A stretch of DNA of 64,000 nucleotides from Puia sp. GTDB lineage: Bacteria > Bacteroidota > Bacteroidia > Chitinophagales > Chitinophagaceae. The position numbers and the translations under genes are program-made. The notes below the pieces were generated by a model. It was given only the letters and a program-made list of their open reading frames with translations. It searched no databases and was not told the origin of the DNA. The stretch covers positions 68-64,067 of the forward strand of contig DASZRP010000254.1 of the NCBI GenBank assembly GCA_035548895.1, given 5' to 3'. How positions within the stretch are numbered: the first letter of the stretch is position 1; each line of letters opens with the position of its first letter. This document shows, piece after piece, positions 1 through 11,151 of this stretch.

Positions 1-2444
1 GAGAAGAAGGCCTGGGTGGTATCAGCGACGCCCATCTACAGTTATGCCTTGCCGTTAGTCTATGGAATACCAAAGACCCCATTTTGAAAGAACGGCTTTT
101 TGGCCTGGGCAATCCCGACGGCAATCACGGCGAAGATGTCAAAGAGCTCTATTACTACCTTGATGCACTTCCCTCCCATGCCTACCTGAAAATGCTGTAT
201 AAGTATCCGCAGGAAGCCTTTCCCTACGATCAGCTGGTGAGGGAAAATCAGCGTCGCAGCCGCAATGAACCGGAATATGAAATGCTGGATACCGGCGTTT
301 TCGATGAAAAGAAATACTTCGATGTTTTTATCGAATATGCGAAGGCTTCGGCCGACGATATCCTGATGAAGATCACAGTCTTTAACAGGGGCGGTTCACC
401 CGCGCCCCTGCATGTGCTGCCCACCCTCTGGTTCCGCAATACCTGGGCCTGGGGTTATGACAACGGATCTGAAAGACCGGTGATGGATATCCACCAGGGG
501 CATGCTATTTCCATTCATCATCCGGCGCTGGGAAACATGACGCTCTACGCCGAATCGCCCGACAACCTGCTGTTTTGTGAGAATGAGACCAATACAGAAA
601 AACTCTACGACGCGTCTTCTCCGCATCGCTTCTATAAAGACGGCATCAACGATTTTATTACGCAACGCAGCGCCACGATAAACCCCGCCAATACCGGTAC
701 AAAAAGCGCGGTGCACTATCAGCGAACGATTTTGCCGGGAAGGCCGGAAGTATTTCGTCTCCGCCTGAGCAATACAAGACACCATCGCCCCTTTGATGAT
801 TTTGAAAAGATCTTCAACCAGCGAATAACGGAAGCCAATCAGTTCTACCAGGAATTGCAGCAGTCGATCCCCGATGAAGAAAGAAAGATGATCCACCGCC
901 AGGCGATGGCGGGCATGATCTGGAGCAAGCAATACTATTATTTCAATGTGCGCAAATGGCTGTCCGGCGATCCCGCCGGACCGGTTCCTGCACCGGAACG
1001 GTTAAAGGGCCGGGACCATCAATGGGTTCATTTAAACGCTTCGGATGTGATCCTGATGCCCGACACCTGGGAGTATCCCTGGTTTGCCGCCTGGGATCTG
1101 GCCTTTCATTGTATCAGCTTTGCCGAGCTGGACTGCGGCTTCGCCAAACAGCAGCTCACCCTGCTCACGCATGAATGGTATCAGCATCCGAGCGGGCAGA
1201 TCCCGGCTTACGAATGGTCTTTTTCCGATGTAAACCCGCCGGTTCATGCCTGGGCAACCTGGAAAGTATATGAGCTGGACAAAGAAAAAAACGGAAAGGG
1301 CGATTATCAATTCCTGGAAACGATCTTTCTAAAGCTGCTGCTGAATTTCACCTGGTGGGTGAACCGGAAAGACGCGGAGGGGAACAATATTTTTGAAGGA
1401 GGCTTTCTGGGCATGGACAATATTGGTCTCTTCGATCGCAACGCGGTATTGCCCGACGGTTCTCTGCTCGAACAGTCGGATTCCACCAGCTGGATGAGCA
1501 TGTATTCGCTCAATATGATGCGCATCGCCCTGGAGCTTGCGAGAACCAATCCGGTGTATCAGGATATGGCCACTAAATTCTTCGAGCATTTTCTCTATAT
1601 CGCTTATGCGATGGCGGGATTAGGCGAAAACAATAACGACCTCTGGGATGAAGAAGATGAATTCTTCTACGACGTGCTGAAGCGGCCGGGCTGTGCACCG
1701 CAAAAGCTAAAGCTCCGTTCCATGGTAGGACTGATCCCGTTGCTTGCCGTGGAGGTGATCGAAGACCAACTACTCAACGAGCAAACGGTTTTTGCGGAAA
1801 GGCTGCGCTGGTTCCTGACCAATCAACCTAAAATGGCCAGCCTGGTTTCCCGCTGGGGCGAAAAGGGCCGGGATGAAAAACATTTGCTGTCTCTGCTGCG
1901 CGGCCATCGGATGAAGCGATTGCTGTACCGGATGCTGGATGAAACTGAATTCCTTAGCGACCACGGCATCCGCACCCTGTCTAAATACCACGAGGCGCAT
2001 CCCTATACCCTTCAAATAGACGGAGTGCATTTTTCGGTTCAATATACACCGGCCGAATCGGATGCACCGATATTCGGCGGCAATTCCAATTGGAGGGGAC
2101 CCGTCTGGGTGCAGACAAACTATATGATCATCGAATCGCTGAACCGTTTTCATGATTACTATGGCGACGATTTCAAAGTGGAATATCCGACGCATTCCGG
2201 CAATTATTTTTCGCTGAAGGAAATCGCCGGCAAGCTGAGTGAACGCCTCGTCTCCCTCTTTACCCGCGACGGACGGGGCAATCGCCCCATTTACGGTAAT
2301 AATCCGGTTTTGCAAACCGACCCTTATTTCAGGGACTATATTCTTTTCTTCGAATATTTCCATGGTGACAATGGCCTCGGTTTAGGCGCTTCGCACCAAA
2401 CCGGGTGGACGGCCCTTGTCGCCCGTTTACTGCATCGCGGGTAG
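1..2444 (+). CDS. GH63/MGH1-like glycoside hydrolase (glucosidase), 5'-partial
   Basis: Frame is open from the window edge (EEGLGGISD...[15 protein letters not shown]). Motifs [23 protein letters not shown] and GASHQTGWT are typical of this family. Confidence 0.85.
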   Translation, partial: EEGLGGISDAHLQLCLAVSLWNTKDPILKERLFGLGNPDGNHGEDVKELYYYLDALPSHAYLKMLYKYPQEAFPYDQLVRENQRRSRNEPEYEMLDTGVFDEKKYFDVFIEYAKASADDILMKITVFNRGGSPAPLHVLPTLWFRNTWAWGYDNGSERPVMDIHQGHAISIHHPALGNMTLYAESPDNLLFCENETNTEKLYDASSPHRFYKDGINDFITQRSATINPANTGTKSAVHYQRTILPGRPEVFRLRLSNTRHHRPFDDFEKIFNQRITEANQFYQELQQSIPDEERKMIHRQAMAGMIWSKQYYYFNVRKWLSGDPAGPVPAPERLKGRDHQWVHLNASDVILMPDTWEYPWFAAWDLAFHCISFAELDCGFAKQQLTLLTHEWYQHPSGQIPAYEWSFSDVNPPVHAWATWKVYELDKEKNGKGDYQFLETIFLKLLLNFTWWVNRKDAEGNNIFEGGFLGMDNIGLFDRNAVLPDGSLLEQSDSTSWMSMYSLNMMRIALELARTNPVYQDMATKFFEHFLYIAYAMAGLGENNNDLWDEEDEFFYDVLKRPGCAPQKLKLRSMVGLIPLLAVEVIEDQLLNEQTVFAERLRWFLTNQPKMASLVSRWGEKGRDEKHLLSLLRGHRMKRLLYRMLDETEFLSDHGIRTLSKYHEAHPYTLQIDGVHFSVQYTPAESDAPIFGGNSNWRGPVWVQTNYMIIESLNRFHDYYGDDFKVEYPTHSGNYFSLKEIAGKLSERLVSLFTRDGRGNRPIYGNNPVLQTDPYFRDYILFFEYFHGDNGLGLGASHQTGWTALVARLLHRG

Positions 2445-2457
2445 CCGCAGATTCTGT

Positions 2458-2465
2458 TATCTTTG
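2458..2465 (+). promoter_or_regulatory. Bacteroidota sigma70 -7 box (TATCTTTG) for obgE-kdsB-ROK
   Basis: Matches TAnnTTTG, 17 nt before GTG 2483. Confidence 0.55.
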
Positions 2466-2482
2466 ATGCCCGAATTCAGCAA

Positions 2483-3508
2483 GTGGAAAAAAGCAATTTT
2501 GTAGATCAGATCCGGATTTTCTGTCGCAGCGGCCATGGTGGCGCCGGTATCAAACATTTCCTGCGTACCAAATACAATGCGCTGGCCGGTCCCGATGGGG
2601 GCGACGGCGGCCGGGGCGGCCATATCATTCTCCGGGGAAACAAGAACCTTTGGACCCTGCTGCATCTCCGCTACTATAAAAATGTACTGGCCGAGAATGG
2701 CGAAGCGGGCAGCGGCAATAAATGCACCGGCCGCTTTGGAAAGGATATTTATATCGACGTGCCGCTGGGCACTATTGCACGTGACGAGGAGACGGGATTG
2801 AAAGAAGCCGAAGTGCTGGAAGATGGCCAGGAAATCATCTGGATGAAGGGAGGCCGCGGCGGGCTCGGCAATGCCCAATTTGCCACGGCAACCAACCAGG
2901 CGCCTGAACATGCGCAGCCGGGTGAACCGGGCGTGGAAGGATGGAAAGTGCTTGAGCTGAAAGTACTGGCCGACGTAGGCCTTGTAGGCTTCCCCAATGC
3001 CGGAAAATCGACACTCCTGTCGGTGATGACGGCCGCCAAACCTAAAATCGCCGACTACGCATTTACGACACTCACGCCGCAGCTCGGCATGGTGGAATAC
3101 CGGGATGGCAGAAGTTTTTGCATTGCCGACCTGCCGGGTATTATCGAGGGTGCGGCAGAGGGCAAGGGACTGGGGCATCGCTTTCTGCGTCATATCGAGC
3201 GCAATGCCATCCTGCTCTTCCTGATACCGGCCGACAGCACAGACCACCGTAAAGAATTCGATATCCTGGTGAACGAGCTTCGCCAGTTCAATCCCGAGCT
3301 GATGCACAAACGCTTCGTGATCGCCATCAGCAAGAGCGATCTGCTCGACGATGAGCTGACCGCCGCCATTGAAAAGGAACTGCCGGAAAACATTCCGCAT
3401 ATCTTTATATCGTCCGTTACGCAGAAAGGCATCCAGGCGCTGAAAGATCTGCTCTGGAATTTGATGAATGACAGTGACAGCCATTTACATTTGAAAAAAA
3501 ATTCATGA
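2483..3508 (+). CDS. obgE: GTPase ObgE/CgtA
   Basis: NFVD N-terminus, glycine-rich [12 protein letters not shown]1 [13 protein letters not shown]. Likely start GTG 2483 rather than 2405. Confidence 0.95.
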   Translation: MEKSNFVDQIRIFCRSGHGGAGIKHFLRTKYNALAGPDGGDGGRGGHIILRGNKNLWTLLHLRYYKNVLAENGEAGSGNKCTGRFGKDIYIDVPLGTIARDEETGLKEAEVLEDGQEIIWMKGGRGGLGNAQFATATNQAPEHAQPGEPGVEGWKVLELKVLADVGLVGFPNAGKSTLLSVMTAAKPKIADYAFTTLTPQLGMVEYRDGRSFCIADLPGIIEGAAEGKGLGHRFLRHIERNAILLFLIPADSTDHRKEFDILVNELRQFNPELMHKRFVIAISKSDLLDDELTAAIEKELPENIPHIFISSVTQKGIQALKDLLWNLMNDSDSHLHLKKNS

Positions 3509-4242
3509 AGAGCATTGCGATGATTCCCGCCCGTTATGCTTCAACCCGCTTTCACGCCAAGCTGATGCAGGTATTGGGCGATAAAACGGTGATACGGCAT
3601 ACTTACGATAATACCGTGGCGACCGGGCTTTTCGACCAGGTGCTGGTGGTGACCGACAGCGAGATCATTTTCGAAGAGATCACCAAACATGGTGGCAGGG
3701 CGAAAATGAGTCGCCGTAAGCACGAAAGCGGAAGCGATCGCATAGCCGAGGCCGTGGAAGATATCGAAATAGATCTCGTGGTGAATGTGCAGGGGGATGA
3801 ACCCTTCGTGCAGAAAGAACCGCTGGAAAGCCTGCTCGCTATTTTCAAGGCAGACCATGAAAAGAAAATACAGGTCGGCTCCCTGATGCAGGTGATCCGG
3901 GATAAAAAAAATATCGCCGATCCGAATTATGTAAAAGTGGCGGTGGACCTCAACATGAACTCCCTTTTCTTCAGCAGGAGCATCATTCCCTATCCACGGG
4001 ACCCAAGCACCGGAATTGCTTACTATGAACACATCGGTGTTTATGCTTTTCGCAAACCGGCGTTGATGCAGTTTACCCGATGGCCGGTTTCCCCGCTGGA
4101 AGCAGCGGAGAAGATCGAATGCCTGCGCTATTTAGAGCACGGTATTCCGCTCCGGATGGTGCTTACGGAATATATGGGCGTTGAGATCGATACCGCGGAA
4201 GACCTGGAAAAAGCCAACCGCCTGCTGCAACAAAATAAATAG
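3505..4242 (+). CDS. kdsB: 3-deoxy-manno-octulosonate cytidylyltransferase
   Basis: [30 protein letters not shown] and EIDT motifs. ATGA overlap with obgE. Confidence 0.93.
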   Translation: MKSIAMIPARYASTRFHAKLMQVLGDKTVIRHTYDNTVATGLFDQVLVVTDSEIIFEEITKHGGRAKMSRRKHESGSDRIAEAVEDIEIDLVVNVQGDEPFVQKEPLESLLAIFKADHEKKIQVGSLMQVIRDKKNIADPNYVKVAVDLNMNSLFFSRSIIPYPRDPSTGIAYYEHIGVYAFRKPALMQFTRWPVSPLEAAEKIECLRYLEHGIPLRMVLTEYMGVEIDTAEDLEKANRLLQQNK

Positions 4243-4248
4243 CCATAT

Positions 4249-5175
4249 ATGAATCAGCCATTATGGGGAATCGACTTAGGCGGAACAAAAATAGAAGGAG
4301 TCATCCTGAAAAGCGATAAAGACCCTATGCCCATTCTCAGGACTCGGGTTGACACCGAATCGGCTAAGGGTTATGAGCACGTGATCGGGCAGATCGAAAA
4401 GCTCGTCACGAAAATGAAGGCCGAGTCAGGGCTCAAACCTTCTTCCATTGGCTTTGGCACACCGGGCATTCTCGACCCGCTCAATCAGACACTCAAGAAT
4501 TCCAATACCGTCGTGCTGAACGGCAAGCCGGTAAAAAAAGATATTGAAGACCGGCTGCAACTGCCTGTTTTGCTGGCCAATGATGCCAACTGCTTCGCGT
4601 TAGCGGAAACGGTTTGGGGAGCTGTGAAAAAGAAAGCGCCTTTTGCGCGCATGGTGTTCGGTATCATTCTCGGCACGGGCGTGGGCGGCGGCATCGTAAT
4701 GCATGGCGAAGTATGGAACGGCCATCATGGTATCGCGGGAGAATGGGGACATAATTTTCTTGACGAATCGGGCGGTCCCTGCTATTGCGGAAAATCGGGC
4801 TGCGTTGAGAAAGTATTAGCAGGCCCTTCCCTGCAGAAATATTATGAAAGTCTCACGGGCCGGCAAAAAACGCTGAAAGAAATCGTTGCCTCCCGGCATA
4901 CGGATGAGGCGGCAGATAAAACGATCAGGCGGCTGACCCATTTCTTCGGGAAGGCGGTTTCTGTGATCACCAACTGCCTGGACCCCGATATTATCGTGGT
5001 AGGCGGGGGTGTCGGAAATATTCCCGATATCTACACCGAAGGTGTTGCCTCCCTGAATAAATTCATCTTTAACAACTATTGCGATGTGCCGATCATCAAG
5101 CCCGAGTTGGGCGACAGCGCCGGTGTATTCGGGGCTGCAGCACTTACGCATCCGGCGGAACGCGAAAGCCGGTAA
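4249..5175 (+). CDS. ROK family sugar kinase (Mak/fructokinase-like)
   Basis: GIDLGGTK, NDANC, GTGVGGG, GEWGH and the CYCGKSGC zinc motif. No N-terminal HTH. Confidence 0.9.
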   Translation: MNQPLWGIDLGGTKIEGVILKSDKDPMPILRTRVDTESAKGYEHVIGQIEKLVTKMKAESGLKPSSIGFGTPGILDPLNQTLKNSNTVVLNGKPVKKDIEDRLQLPVLLANDANCFALAETVWGAVKKKAPFARMVFGIILGTGVGGGIVMHGEVWNGHHGIAGEWGHNFLDESGGPCYCGKSGCVEKVLAGPSLQKYYESLTGRQKTLKEIVASRHTDEAADKTIRRLTHFFGKAVSVITNCLDPDIIVVGGGVGNIPDIYTEGVASLNKFIFNNYCDVPIIKPELGDSAGVFGAAALTHPAERESR

Positions 5176-5199
5176 TTTTGCAATCCTAAACAGGAATCC

Positions 5200-6273
5200 A
5201 TGAAGTTCAGAAATTTTAAAATGGTCAGCTACGTCGTGTATGGGCGTGGCAGTTTCAATCAGTTAGACGAAATTCTTGCACCGCAACGCAAGAGCAGTCA
5301 TCCGATGGTCTTTCTGGTGGATCATTTCTTTGAGCATAAACCACTCGTGTCCCGCATTCCCCTGCGCGGTAAGGATAAACTGGTGTTCGTCGACGTGACT
5401 CAGGAGCCGAAGACCAAACAGGTGGATGCCATTGCGACCCAACTGAAGCAGGAATTCGGATCTGTAAGCGGCATCATCGGCATCGGTGGCGGTTCCGCAA
5501 TGGATCTGGCCAAGGCCGTTTCCCTGATGATGACCAACCCCGGTTCATCCGCCGACTACCAGGGATGGGACCTCGTAAAGCATCCAGGCGTATATAAAGC
5601 CGGTATTCCTACCCTGAGCGGAACGGGCGCCGAGGTGTCGAGAACGACCGTGTTGACCGGCCCGACCCGCAAGCTGGGCATGAATTCCGACTTCACGCCG
5701 TTCGACCAGATCGTGCTCGATCCCGAGCTCACGGCCAACGCACCGGTGAATCAACGTTTCTACACCGGGATGGACTGCTATATCCATTGCATTGAAAGTC
5801 TTACGGGCACCTATCTCAACGAATTCAGCAAATCGTATGGAGAAAAAGCGCTCAGCCTCTGCCAGCAGGTCTTCCTTAGTAATGAAGAATGGACTGATGC
5901 ACAGGATGATCAGCTTATGATGGCCTCCTATGCCGGCGGTATGAGCATCGCTTACTCACAGGTAGGTGTAGCTCATGCGGTGAGCTATGGCTTGAGCTAT
6001 CTGCTGGGCACCAAGCATGGTATTGGCAACTGCATCGTGTTCGACAAGCTGGAAGATTACTATCCCGAAGGCGTAAAGGAATTCAAAACGATGGTTGAGA
6101 AGAACCGCATCGATATTCCGCAGCATATTACACGGGGATTAACGGACGAGCAGTTCGATACCATGATCAACGTGGCGCTCGGCATGAAGCCCCTTTGGGA
6201 GAATGCGCTGGGGACAGATTGGGAAAAGATCATAACCCGCGATAAACTGAGGGCGCTGTACGAGAAACTGTGA
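5200..6273 (+). CDS. kdnB: Iron-containing alcohol dehydrogenase family, KdnB-like (Kdo 8-oxidase)
   Basis: MKFRNFK..GRGSF N-terminus, YQGWDL, PTLSGTGAE, GMDCYIHCIESL and GGMSIAYSQVG.HAVSYGL closely resemble Shewanella KdnB as remembered. Linked to kdsB. Confidence 0.8.
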   Translation: MKFRNFKMVSYVVYGRGSFNQLDEILAPQRKSSHPMVFLVDHFFEHKPLVSRIPLRGKDKLVFVDVTQEPKTKQVDAIATQLKQEFGSVSGIIGIGGGSAMDLAKAVSLMMTNPGSSADYQGWDLVKHPGVYKAGIPTLSGTGAEVSRTTVLTGPTRKLGMNSDFTPFDQIVLDPELTANAPVNQRFYTGMDCYIHCIESLTGTYLNEFSKSYGEKALSLCQQVFLSNEEWTDAQDDQLMMASYAGGMSIAYSQVGVAHAVSYGLSYLLGTKHGIGNCIVFDKLEDYYPEGVKEFKTMVEKNRIDIPQHITRGLTDEQFDTMINVALGMKPLWENALGTDWEKIITRDKLRALYEKL

Positions 6274-6276
6274 TCC

Positions 6277-8202
6277 TCAGTTCTTCACCATACTCTTAAA
6301 CACCGCTTCGTCAATCTTTACGGGATATTTCTTTTTTAATTCGGCGATCCATTCGTCTTCCAACTGATTCTGGTAGTCGTTGATCACCAATCCACGGGCA
6401 TCCTCAAACGAACGCGGTGCAGAATTCGGATATTGATGAATGATATAGGCGAACCGGACGGTATTATCCGGATTGCTTGCGAATGTAGAGAATTGACCCT
6501 CCGCCGTTCCCTTTCCGGGCAACTGCTTTAGTTCAAACCGGCCGGAATCGGCCTGTACCTGCCCACCCAGGCTATCGACCAGCGAACGCCAGTGTGCGAA
6601 GTTTTCCGAAAAGCCCTCCTGTATTTTTTTTGCTGCCGGAATATTGGCCGCACTGAAAATGATGGCATCGGCGCTGGCCTGCCATTGATAGCGTGCGGCA
6701 TGCGCATCGAAATACTTTTTGAGCCCGGCGGAATCGGCCGATGCCTTGTTCCAGATATTACGCTGCATGATCTCGAATAGCAGGTTACCGTCTCTGAACT
6801 CATTCACCTGGTTGGCGAAATCTTTATTATATCGCTCGAGATGTGCTTTGTAATAATCGAAGGCTACCGTTTGCCGGTATTGATCCAGCAGGTCCTCATT
6901 GGTTTTTCCATTGAGCAGATACGCATTCCGGGCAAGAGAAGTCCGGTAAGCTATCCAGTCCGCCACGGTTATTTTTTTGTCGGGGAAACTATATAGTACG
7001 GTAGCAGCATTCAGTCCGGGGAAAGCGGGAGCTTTCCGATGCTGCATCATGCTATCGGTATAGATAAACAATTGGCCATTCTGTTTCCATTCCGTTTTGA
7101 AGCCCGTTTCTTTCAGCACATGCTGAAGCATTTCTTTTTTAGACACTTCGATACGGCGGTCGGACTGAATACGAAGCTTCAGGGCATCGAGCGTTTTCTG
7201 GTCGGCTTTAGCCGGAACCGGAATACGTGAAATGCGTTTCACGATATGATATCCGAACGCGGTTTCAAAAGGTTTGCTGATATCACCATCATGGCTAAGC
7301 CCGAACGCCACCTCTTCGAATTTGCCTTCATATTTTCCAATGCCGAACTCCGGCATCACGCCGCCGAGCTGGTACGACAAATTATCGCCGCTGAACTTTC
7401 TTGCCAGTTCGCCAAAATCGGAGCCGGAACGAATGGCCTGGTAAATGGAATCGGCCCTCTTTTTCGTATCGGCCTTAGCGGCATCGTTTGCCTGGTAGGG
7501 AAAGATGAGTAATATCTGAGCGGCATGCATACGGCCCAGTGCCGGTCTTTCAGCCGTCTTTTTCAGGATCATATATCCGCCGGAAGTCCTGCTCACCGCA
7601 GAATATTTGCCTAAGGGCGTACGATAAGCTAAGGTCTCGATTTCATAGGGAAGGTCGAACACCGTAATGTAACCAAGATCTCCTTTGTTGGTTTTCACAA
7701 AAGGATCATCCGAATAGGCCTCGGCGGTTTCTTCAAAGGATTTTCCTTTGCGCAGATCGGCATAAGCGGCATTGATTTTCTTCAACGCTTTCGTGGTATC
7801 GGCCGGGGGCGCGTCTTTTGGTGTAGCCACAAAGATCACCGAGAGCCGAATATCTTTTTGTGAGCGTTCGAAAGCTTCCTTCGCCATGCGATTCAGGCTG
7901 CTTTCATCATTGCTGTATTGATCTTCGATCTGGCTTCGAAAATTCTGCAGTTCTATGAGCTGATTTGGCAAGGTATCCAGCTTTCCGTCATACGCGGCCT
8001 GCACTTTAAGCCGGTAGCGGATATAGAGGTCGAGGTATTCGCGATAGGCCTGCGCAGTCGTTTTCCCCTTGGGGTTATTCTTGCGATAGGCGGCCAGGAA
8101 CTCATTGCGGGAAATGCGATGATTGCCGTAATAGACCAGGGTCTGGCCAAAAAAAGATTCGGAAATAAAAAGCAATAAAACGATCAGCGTAGCCTGCCTC
8201 AT
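6277..8202 (-). CDS. Periplasmic parvulin-type peptidylprolyl isomerase (SurA-like, two PpiC domains)
   Basis: Signal peptide; FEETAEAYSDD..GDLG and FGELARKFS..GG..FGYHIVK rotamase motifs. Confidence 0.85.
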   Translation of the reverse strand: MRQATLIVLLLFISESFFGQTLVYYGNHRISRNEFLAAYRKNNPKGKTTAQAYREYLDLYIRYRLKVQAAYDGKLDTLPNQLIELQNFRSQIEDQYSNDESSLNRMAKEAFERSQKDIRLSVIFVATPKDAPPADTTKALKKINAAYADLRKGKSFEETAEAYSDDPFVKTNKGDLGYITVFDLPYEIETLAYRTPLGKYSAVSRTSGGYMILKKTAERPALGRMHAAQILLIFPYQANDAAKADTKKRADSIYQAIRSGSDFGELARKFSGDNLSYQLGGVMPEFGIGKYEGKFEEVAFGLSHDGDISKPFETAFGYHIVKRISRIPVPAKADQKTLDALKLRIQSDRRIEVSKKEMLQHVLKETGFKTEWKQNGQLFIYTDSMMQHRKAPAFPGLNAATVLYSFPDKKITVADWIAYRTSLARNAYLLNGKTNEDLLDQYRQTVAFDYYKAHLERYNKDFANQVNEFRDGNLLFEIMQRNIWNKASADSAGLKKYFDAHAARYQWQASADAIIFSAANIPAAKKIQEGFSENFAHWRSLVDSLGGQVQADSGRFELKQLPGKGTAEGQFSTFASNPDNTVRFAYIIHQYPNSAPRSFEDARGLVINDYQNQLEDEWIAELKKKYPVKIDEAVFKSMVKN

Positions 8203-8241
8203 AACAAATAAATCCTTTAACCGGTTAGCCGCCTGCCGTAT

Positions 8242-9681
8242 TTACGATTTACCTTTTTTCAGTTTCAAATCCAGCACTTCATCCAGTTGCTGATAAGAAA
8301 GCTTTTTTGCCACGATCCGCTTGTCCCTGTCCAGCAGATACAGGATCGGCGTCTGATACACATCATAAAGCTGCCGGTAATCCGGATGGCCCGCAGCATT
8401 TTCCGCATCACGCTGGGCATCGGACTGATAAACGTGTATCCAATCCTTCAAATTGTGGTCCTGGATAAATTTGAGCCAGTTCTCCCGGCCGCCATCTACC
8501 ATGATGCCCAATATCTTAACACCTTCCCGCTTCCATTTAGCCTGGAAAATAGAATCGACCTTGGGCACCGTTTCCTTGCAATGACTGCAGGTGGGGTCCC
8601 AGAAGCAGATCACGACGTAGTCGGCAGGGATATCGTAGAGCGAGCGAGTATTGCCGGAAGTGTCGGTCATCGTGAGCTGCGGCGCAGGCTGGCCGATCAG
8701 GTTCGCCATTAAGCTGTAAGCGCGGTCATCGACGTATTTCCGATATTTCTCGGTGAAGAAATCTGCCTGTCCGGTGTTGATATATTTTTCAAACAGGTGG
8801 ACAAACACCGCATCCTGGCCCATATAGTCCGGGTTGATATATTTCTGAACGAAATGGATCAGCAGGTATTTGAACATCTCCTTATTCGTCCGGGAATACA
8901 GGAGCATGTGGTCCACTTCCCGGTTGATGGAATCGGGTTCAGGAGAAACCAGGTCCTTGAAATAGCGGTCCAGCTTCGGTTCAAACACCGGCGTTCTGAT
9001 CAGCCGGTCGTCGGTAAAAGAAATATTGTCCCAGTAGTGGTCCTTATAATACCGGTAAGCAAATTCGTTATCCGGCTTGCCGCCTTTGTTTTCCGGCACA
9101 ACCGGTTCTTTCATGGCCAGGAGCAAGGTGCTGAGCAGTGAACCGGAATCTTTTCTGATTACCTGGTCGCGGTAGTCTTTCACTTCTTCATTGTCTTTAT
9201 GCCACTGCTGCTCGATAGCCGAAGAATCTTTTTTTGATTTTGCCTGCGCGAGGCGTGCCTGCAGTGAAGACATCTCCCTGCCATGCGTATTCATAAAAAA
9301 CGAATACTCCTGAAAAGCTTTGTTTTCGGGTGAACCGGTAAAGACCACGCTCTCCGGCAGTTTAGCGGTATCTGCTGCTACCGAGAACTGCTGATTGGCG
9401 CCGATCAGTAATTCAAACAGAATCGTTTTTTGAGGCGATACCAGGAAGTAGACTCCCTGAGGAAGGGGGTCCTTGCCCCTGAAATCTCCTTCGGCATTGG
9501 CATTCAGCACCAGGGAATCGGCAACGGCCTTGATCTTTCCGTAATGATAGCCGAGATAGACCTGGCTGTTGGCAAAGGGCTTCAGCGTTACATGAATATG
9601 ATATCCCTGGGAAAATACGGAGCCGGCGAAAAGCAAAAAAAGAAAAGAAACTGTACTTTTTCTGGTCAGTAGGTTGAACAT
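8242..9681 (-). CDS. Exported DUF5106/TlpA-type redoxin-domain protein
   Basis: Signal peptide, YYKDHYWDN segment, C-terminal thioredoxin fold with FWDPTCSHC and cis-Pro YQTP. Confidence 0.8.
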   Translation of the reverse strand: MFNLLTRKSTVSFLFLLFAGSVFSQGYHIHVTLKPFANSQVYLGYHYGKIKAVADSLVLNANAEGDFRGKDPLPQGVYFLVSPQKTILFELLIGANQQFSVAADTAKLPESVVFTGSPENKAFQEYSFFMNTHGREMSSLQARLAQAKSKKDSSAIEQQWHKDNEEVKDYRDQVIRKDSGSLLSTLLLAMKEPVVPENKGGKPDNEFAYRYYKDHYWDNISFTDDRLIRTPVFEPKLDRYFKDLVSPEPDSINREVDHMLLYSRTNKEMFKYLLIHFVQKYINPDYMGQDAVFVHLFEKYINTGQADFFTEKYRKYVDDRAYSLMANLIGQPAPQLTMTDTSGNTRSLYDIPADYVVICFWDPTCSHCKETVPKVDSIFQAKWKREGVKILGIMVDGGRENWLKFIQDHNLKDWIHVYQSDAQRDAENAAGHPDYRQLYDVYQTPILYLLDRDKRIVAKKLSYQQLDEVLDLKLKKGKS

Positions 9682-9705
9682 AGGAGTGCTAAATTAGGAT
9701 AATCC

Positions 9706-9713
9706 TACATTTG
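9706..9713 (+). promoter_or_regulatory. -7 box (TACATTTG) for rlmD, back-to-back with a divergent TAATTTAG box (9689-9696, minus)
   Basis: TAnnTTTG 5 nt before GTG 9719, in a 37-bp divergent intergenic region. Confidence 0.6.
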
Positions 9714-9718
9714 CGGCC

Positions 9719-11125
9719 GTGAGAAAAAAGAAAAATATCGTCCTGGAGAAGCTGCGGATCACCGGCTATGCGGCGGAAGGAAAGAGCCTGGCCAGGCATG
9801 ACGGTAAAGTGATCTTCGTGGAGCAGGCTGTGCCCGGCGATGTTGTTACCGTGCGACTGACGAAGGACAAGAAGGACTGGGCTGAAGGACAGGTGATCTC
9901 TTTCGATGAATACGCTTCCGACCGTGTAAAGCCATTTTGCCCGCACTTCGGCATTTGCGGCGGATGCCAGTGGCAGATGCTGCCTTACGAAAAACAGCTG
10001 CAATACAAGCAGGACCAGGTGCTGCAAAGCCTCACGCGCATCGGCAAGCTGGACCTGCCGGAGCTGATGCCCATTATCGGCGCCCGCAGAACTACCGGCT
10101 ACCGCAATAAACTGGAATATACTTTTTCCAACAGGAGATACCTTTTGCGCAGCGAGCTCAGTAACCCTGATATCTCCGCCATGCAGGATGCCGCCGGCTT
10201 TCATGCGCGCGGCATCTTCGATAAAGTGGTTGATGTGGATCGCTGCTTTCTGCAGGAAGAGCCCACTAATTTCATCCGCAAAGCGGTGAAGCAATGGGGT
10301 ATCGAACAGCGTGTTCCTTTCTATGATATCAACCGGCATCAGGGTTTCCTGCGTACTATGCAGGTTCGTTTATGCCGGACCGGGGAATTGATGGTCAATA
10401 TCGTGTTAGGTTATTTCGATGAACAGCTGGTGAATGGGTTGATGGACTATATGCTGAAATCCTTTCCTCAGATCACGACCCTGCTTTATACCATCAACAC
10501 CAAACAGAATGATAGTCTTACGGGACTGGAGCCGGTAACTTATCATGGTAAGGGATATGTAATTGAAAAGCTCGAACGATTTGCTTTCAAGATCGGCCCC
10601 AAGTCCTTTTTTCAGACCAACACGGAACAGGCGGAAAGACTGTACCAGGTTACGCGTGAGTTCGCGGAGCTGAGCGGGAATGAAACCCTCTACGATCTTT
10701 ATTGCGGCACCGGGAGCATTGGTTTATTCATGAGCGACCGCGCAAAGCGTATAATCGGGGTTGAACTGATCCCCGAGGCGATTGCCGATGCAAAAGAAAA
10801 TGCAGCCCTCAATGGAGTGGGCCATGCGGAATTTCTGGCAGGCGATGTGACGGATATCTGCGACGATGCTTTTTTTGAAACCTACGGAAGGCCCGATGTG
10901 GTGGTGACCGATCCGCCGCGCGCGGGGATGACGGAGAAACTGGTGAACAAACTGCTTGATATCGCTGCTAAAAAAATGGTGTATGTAAGCTGCAATCCGG
11001 CAACCCAGGCCAGGGACCTCCAACGCCTGTCGGAAAAATATGAAGTGACGGCTATTCAGCCTGTAGATATGTTTCCGCATACCCATCATATTGAAAATAT
11101 CGCCCGGCTCTTGTTAAAGCACTAA
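9719..11125 (+). CDS. rlmD: 23S rRNA (uracil-C5)-methyltransferase RlmD
   Basis: TRAM domain, CPHFGICGGC Fe-S motif, SFFQTN, DLYCGTG, DPPRAG, YVSCNP, DMFPHTHH. Confidence 0.93.
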   Translation: MRKKKNIVLEKLRITGYAAEGKSLARHDGKVIFVEQAVPGDVVTVRLTKDKKDWAEGQVISFDEYASDRVKPFCPHFGICGGCQWQMLPYEKQLQYKQDQVLQSLTRIGKLDLPELMPIIGARRTTGYRNKLEYTFSNRRYLLRSELSNPDISAMQDAAGFHARGIFDKVVDVDRCFLQEEPTNFIRKAVKQWGIEQRVPFYDINRHQGFLRTMQVRLCRTGELMVNIVLGYFDEQLVNGLMDYMLKSFPQITTLLYTINTKQNDSLTGLEPVTYHGKGYVIEKLERFAFKIGPKSFFQTNTEQAERLYQVTREFAELSGNETLYDLYCGTGSIGLFMSDRAKRIIGVELIPEAIADAKENAALNGVGHAEFLAGDVTDICDDAFFETYGRPDVVVTDPPRAGMTEKLVNKLLDIAAKKMVYVSCNPATQARDLQRLSEKYEVTAIQPVDMFPHTHHIENIARLLLKH

Positions 11126-11151
11126 ATTGCAGCCGTAATTGAAGATGAACT

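Noticed and set aside
2405-2482. N-terminal extension of ObgE in the ORF track
   Set aside because: It overlaps the upstream gene and lies upstream of the -7 box; the family N-terminus (NFVD) fits GTG 2483.
2336-3484. 382-aa minus-strand ORF
   Set aside because: Antisense shadow of obgE with no recognisable motifs; expected from codon bias.
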